DNA of 64,000 bases, taken from positions 12,586,001 through 12,650,000 of the forward strand of contig OX597816.1 in the NCBI GenBank assembly GCA_951406725.2, read 5' to 3'. The stretch is from Octopus vulgaris. Taxonomy: Eukaryota. Shown here piece by piece: positions 12,914 through 26,640 of this stretch. The position numbers and the translations under genes are program-made. Each line of letters starts with the position of its first letter. The stretch's first letter is position 1. The notes under the pieces were generated by a model. It was not told where the DNA came from and did no database searches. It saw only the letters and a program-made list of their open reading frames with translations.

Positions 12914-13911
12914 TATTTTCGCGCCTCTATTTAAAAAGTGGCATCTTTCCCGACATATTATATCGATAGAAATAATAAACAAGCCAATTAAATTAATAGA
13001 ATAAGAATTTTACACATAGATACCATAATTAAGATGTATAAATGCATAGGGGAAAGGAAAATGTGAGTTATGGCATTTATGCTTTTCTAAAGATTTTTAA
13101 CAATATCACTAAAACGGATGACATCTACGAAAACAAATTAGTTAATATCAGGTCATAAATTTTGGTTTGCCAGGGCTTGGCTTTGTGCCAAATCACGTAG
13201 AAGTTCATTTCATGCATGAGTCACCGAGAACTTCATGTATTTAAATTTTACGCAAGCTTCATTATTGCTTAACTTCAACAGAAAAGAATGTTGTTTTCAG
13301 AATAGCTATAAGCATGTCTTTGAAAATAGCATTAATATACGAAGTTCTCAGCAAAATATACTACATCTAACTAACTTAGAAATAATTATATCCCAACTAT
13401 TTAATGTTGTGAAATGCCTAACTATTCGAGCGTCTAAATCTCGACTTACAACCTGTTAATTACAGATTTCATGCCTTCTTACTCTGTCGGAAGACTGTTA
13501 ATGGAGATTGTAACAGCGCAAGCAGTAATTTTATTTGATTTGCACCTGAGTTCTTGAGAAACGATGTTAAAGTTAATTCTTAGATATTCAATTATGAAAC
13601 ACTGTTATACTATGTAAATAATGTAATTGCAGATTGGCAGAAGAGATTCGATTTGCAGTTGGTGACCGACAAGCAGCGTAAAGGTTTACAATTTCTAATA
13701 CTATCTCGAATGTCTCAATATCTACAACACATATATATCCCCAGCTTACAGATTGCATGTCACCTCTTTCTTTCCTTCTCTCTCTCAGTCTTAGTCTGTC
13801 TAGTTATCTATACATGGATGTATATATGTGCGTATGCACCTATCTATCATTGTGTCGAACCGTCCTCTGTCAGTCTCTCTATCGGACTGTGTAACTCTGT
13901 TTGTCTGTCTG

Positions 13912-14198
13912 ATATATAAAATCTTCTTAAGTACGAAAGAGCCCGGCTATGGAAAATGAAGAAGGTGACATTAGTGTCAATAGTTGTTGGGTCCTTGGGG
14001 ACAGTATCAGAAGTCATCAAGAGGAATATAAAGGAAATTGGAATAGAGTGCCCAGTAGAACTGCTACAGAACGTTTTCCCCCTTGGTATGGCAAGAATAA
14101 CTAGGAAAGAATTAGCTGAAGAGAACAAAGAGCATGATACCGTAGGCTGTAGGCAGAAAGTCCGCTACGCATGCAAGAGTTTTAACAAAATCTGAGTT
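13912..14198 (+). mobile_element. 3' end of Dong/R4-like RLE retrotransposon
   Basis: LKYERARLWKMKKVTLVSIVVGSLGTVS..IGIECPVELLQ..LGMARI, followed by (AAT)n. Confidence 0.75.
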
Positions 14199-14211
14199 AA
14201 TAATAGCAATA

Positions 14212-14261
<50 letters not shown>

Positions 14262-14263
<2 letters not shown>

Positions 14264-14735
14264 TCTTGGTATAAAAGATGGGCTACAGAAAATATTCTGC
14301 TCAATACCACAGATTTGCTTGTCAGTTGTTTGACCTTAACCAGTTGAGCATGTCCCTTAGTGGCTGACGATATGTGCATCTCTGATCACGAGCAGAAGTA
14401 GTGGGGGAGCATCATAGCTATGTGTTGAGAGGAATTCTTTGGGATTTGGATAATTCACCTATGGAAACATGGGTGGTTCTTTCAACATCCTTAAATAACC
14501 CTTATTCAGGGACCTTTTGAGCGGGATGGGTTACTCGACCAGAAGAAAATTCTAGCTGGTCCACACCTGCAACGTCATGCGCTGTTTATCGTGATATGAG
14601 ATCACCATGCCGCGCACATATGGCCGTGATGCATGTGCCTGGTGTACCCTAATCAGACGAATAGTCATGATGGGTATACTGGGCTTCGTATAATTTACCC
14701 CAGTGTCACTTTGATGGCATGCACTGCTCTCACTC
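14262..14735 (+). mobile_element. Family D, 5'-truncated, inside (AAT)n
   Basis: (AAT)n on both flanks. Confidence 0.85.
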
Positions 14736-15155
14736 AATAATAATAATAATAATATATTTCTTCCCCATTTCCGGCGTTTTAATCAGGTCAAAAATTCAAA
14801 TTAATGGTGCTGACTTCTTCTAACTGCCCTCATGCAGTGATATGACATTAGTTTACTTTGCAAGGAATGCCCTGTTAAAAGATAAGGTTAACTGATTTGT
14901 CGGATCAATATTTGCAAACCTTACAGCAAAGTCATACTATGGCTTTTTCAGAGATCGATCGAAAGAAAACACGACCATCGCTACATACCCGCTGCATATT
15001 CCCTGCAATTAGCTTCAGAAAATACGTAAGGAGCAGGATCGAAACATCTTCGTAATATATCAGGTATGTTTAACGCTTTTGACTTTCTAAGTGCTGACCG
15101 TCTGAAGTACACACACACAAACACACACTCACACACATACACACACGCACACGCA

Positions 15156-15206
<51 letters not shown>

Positions 15207-15439
15207 AAACACACATATATGTTTATACAAATATATATATGTGTGTGTGTCACTCCGTCGGTTACAATGACAATGGCTCCAGATTATTCAGTCACTGAAC
15301 AGTCTACTTGTGAAAGAAATGTACAAATGGCTGGGTACTCCACAGACACGTTGCCCTTAACGTACTTCTGAAAGATATTGAGCGTGACAATATTGATCTT
15401 TTGAAATACAAGTACTACTCTTTTCTGCCAGCAATATAT

Positions 15440-16560
15440 CTGGAAAACAAATGGACAACAAGACAAACAACATAAAGAACGACCCTTCATTAGTTGTTGG
15501 CTGTTTTTCTACTCTCGTATTTCGAGCGTTTAACAACAATATACGCTTCTGATAAAATAGCTGCTTCCGAAAAGCAAATTAAATAAAATTTGGGATTTTG
15601 CGGAGGGTCACAACAGGTAACACAAACAGGACAGTGAAAACAAACAGGAAGGGCTGCTATGCCTAACGGGGTTGTGGTGGTGGACGCGTAAATCAAGCTT
15701 GGACCGGAGACAGACAAGAATACGTCTTCCTTGTTCCAGCTAAAACGGAGAGAATGAAAGAAACACGAGTTAGGAGAATAAAGAAATATGGTCGATGGTC
15801 AAGTGGGAGTCATGTGAGCAAAGGAGGAGGAGTGAGGGAGAGAGAGTGACAGAGTAATAGGATAGAATAGTGGGAGAAGAGGAGGTAAAAGAATAAGAGG
15901 GAGAAACGAAAGGGTAAAAAGGTCGTATAGAGTGCGCATAAGAATTATTAAGATAAAACTTACTTGGAAGAGGATACATGCATATACGGGTAGAGGACAT
16001 CAACAACTGTAAACAGCACGAAGCACGAAAACAAACGAGTTAAATATGTAAACAATAAGAAAAAGATGGAAAACAGGTCAAGTAAGACCAAATACGGCCC
16101 TTCATCAGTTGTCGGCAGTCTACCTCCTCCTCATTTCGAGCAATCAACGACAATATGAGTCTTCGAAGTCAGTTCCTCCCATAACTTCCAAAATGAAAGT
16201 TTGCATTTTATGGAGGGTCAAAGTTGAGAACAAAAAAAAAGGACAGTGGAGATATAATAGGAAAGATGGTCACGAGAGAAAAAGAAAGATGGTCGATGGT
16301 CACATGACCGTATTTCTTTTCCTGCACGGAGATTCAAAGAACTGGAAATCTATCTCTCTCTTCTAGCTTTTCACTTTTAAAAGAAAATATTTCTCTCAGC
16401 GTTCACTATTTTCACCTCGTTCTGGTCTAACGACCTTCCATGTTTGTTTCCGCACAGTTTCCTAGTATGTGTCCACTATCCTGCTTTTGTTCCCAACTTT
16501 TGTTCCCAAAATTTTATGTTTACAGTTGCTGACGTCCTGTGCCCATATATACTCTTTTAC
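15440..16560. mobile_element. Degenerate tandem-plus-inverted units resembling Penelope pLTR remnants
   Basis: Units near 15440-15810 and 16065-16305 share cccttcatYagttgt, atttcgagc, ggagggtca, ggacagtg and atggtcgatggtca; 16400-16560 is an inverted partial copy. Confidence 0.5.
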
Positions 16561-16907
16561 TCCTTTACTCTTTATCTTATTAAACTTTTAATACTTTTTG
16601 ATAGTTTATAAAAATAAATAAAAAAATAAATAAATATTTTTTAAAAATTGAAAATTAAAAAAATAAATAAATAAAAAATAAAAAATAAAATAAAGTATTA
16701 ATAAAAATATATATATATTTATAATTTATAAGTTTAATTTATTAATTTAAATAATTTTTTAAATATTAACTTTAAATAATTTTGGATTTTTATATTTTAT
16801 ATTTTATATTTTTTATATATTTTTTAATTAATTTTATTTCTATGTATTGGCTTATGATGTTCACTGTTTGATTTGCCTAATAGTGGTTTTATCTCTAATT
16901 TAATATA

Positions 16908-16980
<73 letters not shown>

Positions 16981-17437
16981 GGTACAGGATATATATACAT
17001 GTATATATATATACTACAAAATTAGAGAATGGAGAAACATACTTAAATCAATAAAACATCAACTATCCGATGATACCCAATCAATACTATATATTATATT
17101 ATATTATCCCATGGTGGGTTGAATTTTCAACCCCTATCTCATTTTATAACCTATATATATATATATATATAAATCGCATCTTCTCCTTACCTTCGAACGC
17201 GGAGTAAACGAAACAGGGACAACTGAAGAAGGGGAATATTCTTTGTGTTGTATGTCTTGTACTCTGTTTTTTCGTAGTTTGAAAAACAGTTTGTTTTCTA
17301 TGTTTTTGTTTTTACGTTTTTGTCTCTCATTGTGTTCAACACTTTGTTGATGTCCTGTACCCATATATGCATGTATATAGTTGTAGGTATCTACATATAT
17401 GTATGTATATATGCATATGATTATATGTTATTTATGT

Positions 17438-17468
<31 letters not shown>

Positions 17469-18224
17469 TTAAGCATGTACACATATACATGTATGTATGC
17501 ATAAATTTACTCACAGAAACTAACACGCACAAAATCTGATCTGGGACCACCTTACACCCACCTCTTTTAAGCTCTGTAATATATCTAGCTTTCGACACGT
17601 TTCCTAGCATTTTTGTGGAAGCAACAATCAAATCGATACAATTCATTTCTTTTTCTTTGGCAATCAATCTTGAGAATTGTAATTAACGTGAATTACTCAA
17701 ATAGTTCTGTGAAAAACGACTACCTGAAATTTTTGAAGCATACATATATACATGCATGCATACGTACATATATGCATACGTAGATACATACATACATACA
17801 TATATACATATATACATATATACAGAGATAGATAGATAATAGATAGATAGGTTGAGACAGAGTGGAAGAGAGAGAGAGAGAGAGAGTGAGAGAGGACATC
17901 AGAGGGGTGAGAGAGAAAGAGAGAAATATGGATATTACGTTTTGTCTTCTCCTGAATGTGACTCTCTGGGAGTGTTTTTTTTCCAACGAAATCCTCATAA
18001 TTGCGTCAAAAATTACTGCTGATGAAAGGAAATAGACACTGTTGTTTTCCTCTCCAGAGCGGTGTCTTCCATAAACTCTGTTCCAAATAGCAGACGAAAT
18101 ACATGAAATTCCTACTAATTGTCTTTCGATCGCAGTATGCAGCAATATACATACACACATACATACATACATACATACATACATACATACATACATACAT
18201 ACATACATACATACATACATACAT

Positions 18225-18291
<67 letters not shown>

Positions 18292-18365
18292 CATATATAT
18301 ATGTATATAAGTACATATATATATATATACGCTCATATATATATATATACACGTATATATATATG

Positions 18366-18411
<46 letters not shown>

Positions 18412-18558
18412 CATATACCTATATACATATATACTTATATATATATATACGTATCCATATATATATATACGTATATCTATCTTTCTATACACACACACAC
18501 ACACATACACACAGATATATATATAAAGGGAGAGAAGGAGAGGGAGAGAGAGGGAAAG

Positions 18559-18596
<38 letters not shown>

Positions 18597-19433
18597 ATAT
18601 TTGTTTCGTTTCACCACATAGCTTGGGAGAGAACGTGACTTACGACGCACTTAAGGAAAAGCGGTTATTATTGTTTTAATACACCGTATTAGGTGTTACA
18701 TTAAAATTTTCCCTAGGGATACAAAGGAAATATTCGTAGGTGTTTTCTAACGTTGTCAAGTTAGGTCCTCATTGAAGCTGTGATGTTCACACTTTTCGGC
18801 GAAAGTGTAAAAACGTAGATGGTGAAAGATGTTTTTGATCTAAACCGAGGTGTTTGTTTGTTTTGATAATAGCAAATGGCATAGTGTGATATTGAAGGCA
18901 AAATCACTAATGCAACACTACTAAAGCTTCAGAATAAATGATTTAAAATATGCTATTTGGGTTTGCTTTCAAAGAACAAATCTGGAGTAGATTGTATAAC
19001 ATCACTTTTATCATAGAATTGATTTCAGTTCATTAATAGAACACAGAGCCTCGTTATGACCAAGGCTCAATTTGAAGGCAACGTTACGTGCATTGCAAAT
19101 CGCTATGTATAACGGGCATGTGTGTGTGTGTGTGTGTGTGTATTGGTAGCCTGGCCGAGTGGTCATGGTGTTGCTAGGTCCTTGGTTCGATTCCCAGGCC
19201 GAGTGGCGCGTCGTGTTCTTGAGAAAAAACACTTTATTTCACATTGTTCCCAGTTCAATCAGTTGTAAATAGGTAACCTTGCAACGGACAAGCTTTCAGA
19301 TCGGAGGGAATACAAGTCTGCTCGGTTGAGCATCGGCGTGGCATCATTCGAAAGCTAAATAGATGGAACGGGCATTGTGACCAGCGATGGATAGCAACAT
19401 CTGATAGTCTGGTCGATTACATGATCACAAGAT

Positions 19434-19532
<99 letters not shown>

Positions 19533-19680
19533 CCAATATATATATATATATATGTATGTATACAATGGCAGCGTGGAAGGTGTTAAGCCATTTAAGAAAC
19601 ACAAAACCGTTAGATTCACTTCAACATTTAAATTTAATTTGTCAAAATATTTTCGTCGCTTTGAGACCGCACCTGTTTAA

Positions 19681-19713
19681 TGACAAAATTCCGTGCTGCA
19701 CGGAATTTTGTCA
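19681..19713. repeat. Perfect 16-bp-arm palindrome
   Basis: tgacaaaattccgtgc-t-gcacggaattttgtca. Confidence 0.95.
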
Positions 19714-20026
19714 GTGTACAGTTTATGTGAGGTAATGGCATCATTGAGACCCAAAGGTGTCAGGTTATACTGAATATGTGCTATAGATGGACCGGAGTTA
19801 AATTCCAGGTTCGGTGATCATGCGAATAAGGAGGTCAACGTTGGTCATATGGATTTTACTCATAAGGTATTCGAATATTATTATGTATACTAATCCTGCC
19901 AAAAAAATGGATCTATAAATTCAATATCCCTACATATCTCACATCTGTTTTCTTTTATTTTCTCCGTCTCACTCTCTATTTTATATCTCATCTAAATTAA
20001 CTATTTCGTAACCATCTTCTCACACC

Positions 20027-20069
20027 GTCTCCGATGATATAATTAATATCCTGGAAACAGCTGTAAGAC
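20027..20069 (+). ncRNA. Degenerate minimal hammerhead motif in a Penelope-like 3' remnant
   Basis: gtct-CCGATGA-(damaged stem II)-GAAA-cagctg-TA-agac; palindromic stem III ACAGCTGT; upstream aaatggatctataaattcaat (KWIYKFN) resembles the end of a GIY-YIG domain. Confidence 0.6.
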
Positions 20070-20529
20070 CTATCTAAAATCTACACAGCCTTGGTTTTTT
20101 TATCTCATTACAAAATAAAATTATATATATATATATATATACATATATGGGCATATGTATATATGTGTGCGCGTGGGTGGGTATGTGAGTGTGTTAATTA
20201 TTAGGGTATTGCAGTCAGGATCATAAGATTTTGGATTCGTTTCCTGGGTGATGCCTGGTGGTCTTGGGGCAAACCCTTTATTTCACGTTTCTTCAGCTGG
20301 CAAAAGTGAGTAAATCGAGGACGGATCGACGTTCCGTACAAAGGAAAAATATATATGCCACAGAATCTGGGAAACCAGCCTTATGTGTCGATAAGACGCG
20401 GGAATAAGCTTTGGTCACTTTCCTGTTATATATATTGATAAAATGTTATATATATATATATTGATAAAATGGTAAGACAACAAAAGAATGAAAGAGACGT
20501 CGATATTATGTAAATAGAGGAATTTATCT

Positions 20530-20830
<301 letters not shown>

Positions 20831-20893
20831 AGGAATTCCAACTCTGTGTTTTATGTTTTATTTATATTCTTTATAATATTCATGTAGAATATA

Positions 20894-20945
<52 letters not shown>

Positions 20946-21109
20946 CAAAGGAATTCCAACTCCGTGTTTTATGTTTTATTTATATTCTTTATATTCTTCA
21001 TGTAGAATATAGAATATATAGTATAAATAGTATATATAGTAAAATGAAATGAAGTATTGATTGTCATATTGAATAGTTGAAATATTGAATATAAAATATA
21101 AAATATTAA

Positions 21110-21153
21110 GGGACTAGAACACTTTCTTGCATTATAGCAGTCTTCAAGGTCCC
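21110..21153 (-). ncRNA. Hammerhead-like motif (variant core)
   Basis: gggac-cTTGAAGA-ctgc-tataat-gcaa-GAAA-gtgttc-TA-gtccc; perfect 5-bp stem I. Confidence 0.55.
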
Positions 21154-21277
21154 AGGTTATAACAGGAATGTTTTAACTGTTATATATATATATATATATA
21201 TATAACAGTGGTAGTCATGTGGATATTTAACTAAGATTCAAATTTGTTTTCTCCCCTTTTCTTTCTGGTGTTGCAGA

Positions 21278-21720
21278 GTGAAAATAACCACTCCATTGGA
21301 AGTACACACAAAGGAAGAACAATGATCAATGATATAATTTCTCTAGTTTGAAGGTGTATCAGGAGCTGAACTATCCCAGCCTTTATCGCAGTACAATACG
21401 AGGTTAGCGCTCTGCTGAGTAAAAGTGTGTCTGATAGAAGAGAGATATTTATAAATTGCCGGACAAACGTGAAGCACGAAGAGGAAGTAGGCCGTCCATC
21501 AACATACACCGTGATCAACATTCCTCGTGAAGATTCAACAAGCCTGAGAAATGGATCTGGTGAACCGACGGGTGACTCTCGTTGAGGTATCATGTTCTGT
21601 GCACATTAGGTATGGTTCTGCATACGAAATAAACTACGGGAAGCTTCACTTCTGTAAATTCTGTGCGAAATGGTTGCCAAGAGTGTATACCGAAGCGCAC
21701 AAGGGGAATCGTGTGGGGAC
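21278..21720 (+). pseudogene. Mariner transposase N-terminal remnant
   Basis: Decayed reading EEQ*SMI*FL*FEGVSGAE...KHEEEVGRPST...YGSAYEI...KFCAKWLPR (GRP and WVP-like motifs); interrupted at 21720 by a Penelope-like element. Confidence 0.75.
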
Positions 21721-23283
21721 TTAATGCTATGAGGATAGCTTCCTTAATACTTAGATTATTCAAATTTCTTTCACTGGCCTTAATTGTGACTGTTATGCTT
21801 TTGTCGGTGTTCTGGGATCTGTCTAGATGTTTTCTGAAGGAGGAGGCTCTTGTGTTCAGATGTTCTTTGATGCGAATGTGTAATGGTCATGTGCTACCCA
21901 CATAGAACTTGTTGCATTTGTTACATTGTATTCTATACCCGTTGGCATTAATTATGTCACGGATTGGGAAGTTACCCAGTGTACATTGATTGTTGTCCTT
22001 TGCTCCCTTCTTTGCTAGGTGTCTTCTCAGAGAGGGGCTGGAGTGGGTTAGTTGTATGTCTAGTCCTTCTCTTCTTATGGCTCTTCGGATGACTGCTAAA
22101 ATGGGGTATTTTAAGGGAGCATGTGTTGCTGAGTTTTCTGTGTGTTCGACGTGTCTGTTGTCTTGGGTACTTGCGCCGATTTAAAATGGATATACGGTAC
22201 CCGCTGGTTTTCAATATTTCTAGCAAGCGTGTAGTATGGGTCACCTTGTCCTCTGTCCTGCTGCACTTGCTCTGGGCTCGTGCAAGTTCGTTTCTGGCGA
22301 GTGGAAGAGCTGAACTGTACTGAACAAACATATCTCTACTGGCTGCTTTCCCGTAGAACTCACTGTGGATCTCCCCTTCTTCCGTTATATTCAGTTGGAA
22401 GTCAAGTAGCAATTGTGATCCAGTGTTGTCGGGATGTTCTATAGTGAACCGTATGTTCATGCCCATGTTGTTGAACGTCGTGAATATTCTGTCTGCCTCT
22501 TCACGGGAGGATGGGAGTATGGGATGTTATCTATGTACCTGGTGAAGAAGGTGCATGAACGGCAGACATTGAGTGCTCGACGTTCCAGATGTTTCATTAT
22601 GTGATGGCTAATAGGCCTGAGAGACTGGATCTCATGGGGAGACCCGTCGTCTGTTTGTATATATGATCGCAAAAAGAGAAGTTGGTGTTGTCCACGATGA
22701 TGGACAATGGCAGATGTATATCAGCTGCGGTGAGTCCGAAGCCGTGGATGTCGGACGCTACTATGCAGTCAGTCAATAGGCTGACCGCTGAGTGTGCTAG
22801 TTCCGTTGTGTACATTGAGACAACGTCAAGACTAAAGGCATATCTGTTTTGCCTGAGTTGGTCTGGTGGCAGTTGGCGCAGTCTTTTGATGACTTCGTCG
22901 GAGTTCTTGATGTGTTCAGGAAAGGTGGGGACTATGGGTTTCAGGATATGAGAACGTAGCCAGGATATTATATATAGAGGTCCTTTCACGCTGGAGACTA
23001 TGGGTTTAATCTGGATTGTGTTGCTATCTTTGTGTGTTTTAATGAGATTATAGAATCTGGGTAATCTACTGTTCTTTGTGATGAAGTTATACTTGTATTT
23101 GCTATGTAGTTGTCTCCGTCTACAAATATCAGTATATGCGGTGTTAATTCGGTCCTCAATCCTGGTCGAGGCTGTAGCTGTCACTTTAGAATATAGTCTG
23201 TCATTGCTTAAAATTTCTAGTGCCAGCCTATCATAAATTTCACCAGAAATCACGCAGATGTCTTTCCCTTTATCTGATGGTGT
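21721..23283 (-). mobile_element. Penelope-like retroelement pseudogene (RT plus GIY-YIG endonuclease)
   Basis: PSDKG, PRFYNLIKTHK, IKPIVS, SLDVVSMYT, YKQTTGLPM.SSLS, RYIDNI, IRFTIE, then YRIQCNKCNKFYVGST...HIRIKEH...KEAILI; frameshifted and truncated at both ends. Confidence 0.92.
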
Positions 23284-23354
23284 GTGTATTTACCCCTTTA
23301 TCTGTGTGAATTTATCACTTTATCTGTGTGTATTTATCTCTTTGTCTGTATGTA

Positions 23355-23920
23355 TTGGGTTGTCCGGAAAATTCGTGCCGATTTATAGTACCTTGCCTTT
23401 CGACTTATTTTAGAACATGGTTGAGTCCATGAAATACGATTTGACTCCCCCTCCATTTAGAGCACAGTTTAAGCTATCTTTTCCTGGAAGAAGGTTTATG
23501 TTCCTATAATCTGTGTTAATTCTGTAACCCTTTAAAATCGAAGATAAGAAAGTTCATTTTCGACACTTGATGCTTTGGGAACCAGACAAAAATTGCTGCA
23601 GCTCGACTGGGATGTGTTACCCCGCCCTCTATATTCACCAAATATTGTTCCTTCTGATTTCCACATATTCAGGTCTCTGTAGAATAGTCTGAATGGTAAA
23701 AATTTCAATTCCTTGGATGATGTAAAAATATACCTTGATGAATTCTTTGCCATGAATTTACCTCAATTCTGGGAAGAGGGTATTTTCAAGTAAAAGGAAA
23801 GATGGAGACGCATTGTGCAACAAAATGGTTCATATTTGATTGATTAAAAATGTAATGGCAAGTATTTATTGACCTTTTTCTTTCCTTTAAAAATCGGCAC
23901 GAACTTTCCGGACAACCCAA
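23355..23920 (+). mobile_element. Internally deleted mariner (566 bp) with TIRs and TA TSD
   Basis: TIR ttgggttgtccggaaa.ttcgtgccgattt / aaatcggcacgaactttccggacaacccaa; remnant EDKKVHFRHLML fused to KLLQLDWDVL..YSPNIVPSDFHIF..RWRRIVQQNGSY. Confidence 0.92.
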
Positions 23921-24264
23921 TATATTTATCTCTTTATCTGCGTGTGTGTATATTTAGTGTAAATGGAGATCTCAGCGCACATCTCCATCGTTTGCTTTTA
24001 TTTTGTCACAATCCAGTGAAAAAGAAAATACTTCAGCAACGTCTGCTCGGAGAACTGGAAAGAATCCACAACATTACAAACAATTGCTTGCAACCACTGA
24101 AACACGTACAAACAAAGTAAATACGACATTCATTCGGTTTCCGGTTGCCAAATCTACGACTGATAAGACTTTGTTCAATTCGAGGCTATATTAGAAAATA
24201 GTTGTTCGTGGTATGGTGCTGCGCAGTGGGACAATCCAGAATCATGTGACTGAGCTGCAAAACT

Positions 24265-24735
24265 CATTGTTTTGTCTTGGTATAAAAGATGGGCTACAGC
24301 AAATATTCTGCTCAATACCACAGATTTGCTTGTCAGTTGTTTGACCTTAACCAGTTGATTATGTCCCTTCGTAGATGACGATATGTGCGTCTCTGATCAC
24401 GAGCAGAAGTAGTGGGGGAGCATCATATCCGTGTGTTGAAAGGAATTCTTTGGGGTTTGAATAATTTATGCTTGGAAACATGGGTGTTTCGTTCATCATC
24501 CTTAAACAAGCCTTATTCAGGGATCTTTTGAGCGGGATGGGTTACTCGATCAGAAGAAAATTCTAAATGGTCATGCGCTGTTTATCTTGATATAAGATCA
24601 CCTTGACGTGCACATATGGTTGTGGTGCATGTGCCTAGTGTACACTTATCAGACGGGTAGTCATGATGGGTATACTGGGCTTCGTATATTTTACCCCAGT
24701 GTCACTTTTATCGCATGCACTAGTCTCTCACTCTC
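24265..24735 (+). mobile_element. Family D, 5'-truncated
   Basis: Ends in a long (AAT)n tail. Confidence 0.85.
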
Positions 24736-24814
24736 AATAATAATAATAATAATAATAGTAATAATAATAATGATAATAATAATAGTAGTAATAATAATGA
24801 TAATAATAATAATA

Positions 24815-24874
<60 letters not shown>

Positions 24875-25128
24875 GTAATAAAAAGTGACAACAAAAGAAG
24901 GAGACCTCGATATTAGGTAAATATAGTTGTGTGTATTTTTTTATCTTTTATTTATTTATATTTAAAAAAATTTCTACCTATTAGAATAACTTCCCTTTTA
25001 TTCAATGGTTTTTCATAGTGTCCATTGCCATTAATAGGCAACAATGCATCGTAGCTCTTCGCGCCAGCATTTGAAACACGCTGAGTACTTTAATGACAAC
25101 TTGCTGATTGTCCTAAACTATACATACA

Positions 25129-25214
<86 letters not shown>

Positions 25215-25338
25215 AATACATATATCTATATATAATTAATCAATATAGGGTGGCAAAAAAAATTTTGTAGAATTCTTTTGCCACCAGCGGCCTAGTAGGA
25301 AAAAATTAAAATAGTCATAGACCATTTTTAAGTTCAAC

Positions 25339-25716
25339 ATTAACAATAAAGGAACGGCCACAATAGGCCATTCACCCACTAGAAATAACAGCCAAAGCTT
25401 CACCGCAAATAAAAGTTAACTCAGTAAACCAGGAGAAAATTTAAAAAAACATTTACCCTGTAATTTCTTATACGATATACCGTTTCATCTGCTGATTAAT
25501 GGTAAACTAACCTGTGGAAGATTGGCTTGATTTAATTTAATCAGGTTAGTTTACCATTAATCAGCAGATGAAACGGTATATCGTATAAGAAATTACAGGG
25601 TAAATGTTTTTTAAATTTTCTCCTGGTTTACTGAGTTAACTTTTATTTGCGGTGAAGCTTTGGCTGTTATTTCTAGTGGGTGAATGGCCTATTGTGGCCG
25701 TTCCTTTATTGTTAAT
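25339..25716. repeat. Near-perfect 175-bp-arm inverted repeat with 27-nt spacer
   Basis: Arms 25339-25514 and 25542-25716 differ only by one A in a homopolymer, as read by eye. Confidence 0.95.
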
Positions 25717-25800
25717 ATATCTATATATATATATACATACACACACATACACACGTTCGCACACACACACACATATATATATATATACATTTATATATGC

Positions 25801-25849
<49 letters not shown>

Positions 25850-25887
25850 CATACACAAACATGCACACACACACATACACACACAGA

Positions 25888-25981
<94 letters not shown>

Positions 25982-26640
25982 CGTATGTATGTATCTGTAT
26001 GTATATATGTATGTATTGTGTGGATGTATAAATCGAAAATGATATTTGTCATTGGCTGAAATGTAATGGAAAGAAGGAAATATTTTAACTTGAAGTGGAA
26101 ATCTCTTCGGGAGAGCAGGTGTTATTTTTCTGATAGCGTATTTAAAATAGCCATAATACGAGATACCGCTTGAAATGATGGCTGTCACATTCATTGTAAC
26201 AAACCAGATGCGTACCGAAGTAAGATTGCTATTATGCCTACAGCAACGAAATACAATCGGTTCGCCAATATAATTGATATAACGGAATCCATGTACATCT
26301 AGTCTTTCTGTTTCAATTTTTTTTTTTCCTTTTCCTTCCACTCTGAATTTGACAGATAAAATAGCTCTAATGAAACGTCAGCAACACAGGTGCGAGAGTT
26401 CTTCTATTGATACAATATAGCAATGCGTCTTCTTTCATAGCCAATTGTATTTCTCAACAAATTTTCGAAATTATGCCTAGCGTGTATTGTTGAGGAGTTT
26501 TATTGATGTGTATCTGTGAATATGTATCATATGGAATATTTATTTTTCTGTATTCTATTCAGTTAACTTCCTCCCTTTCATCACTTCCATTTACATTAAT
26601 CCTTTTCCAATGTTTGAATTAACACAATATTTATCGTTTC

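Noticed and set aside
16570-16840. Almost pure A/T tract
   Set aside because: Low-complexity sequence, possibly low assembly quality; no structure identified.
17720-18638. Long ORFs rich in YI/HT/CV/ER dipeptides (also near 25636-26341, 42985-44598 and 60117-60830)
   Set aside because: Translations of (TA)n, (CA)n, (GA)n and (CTAT)n microsatellites.
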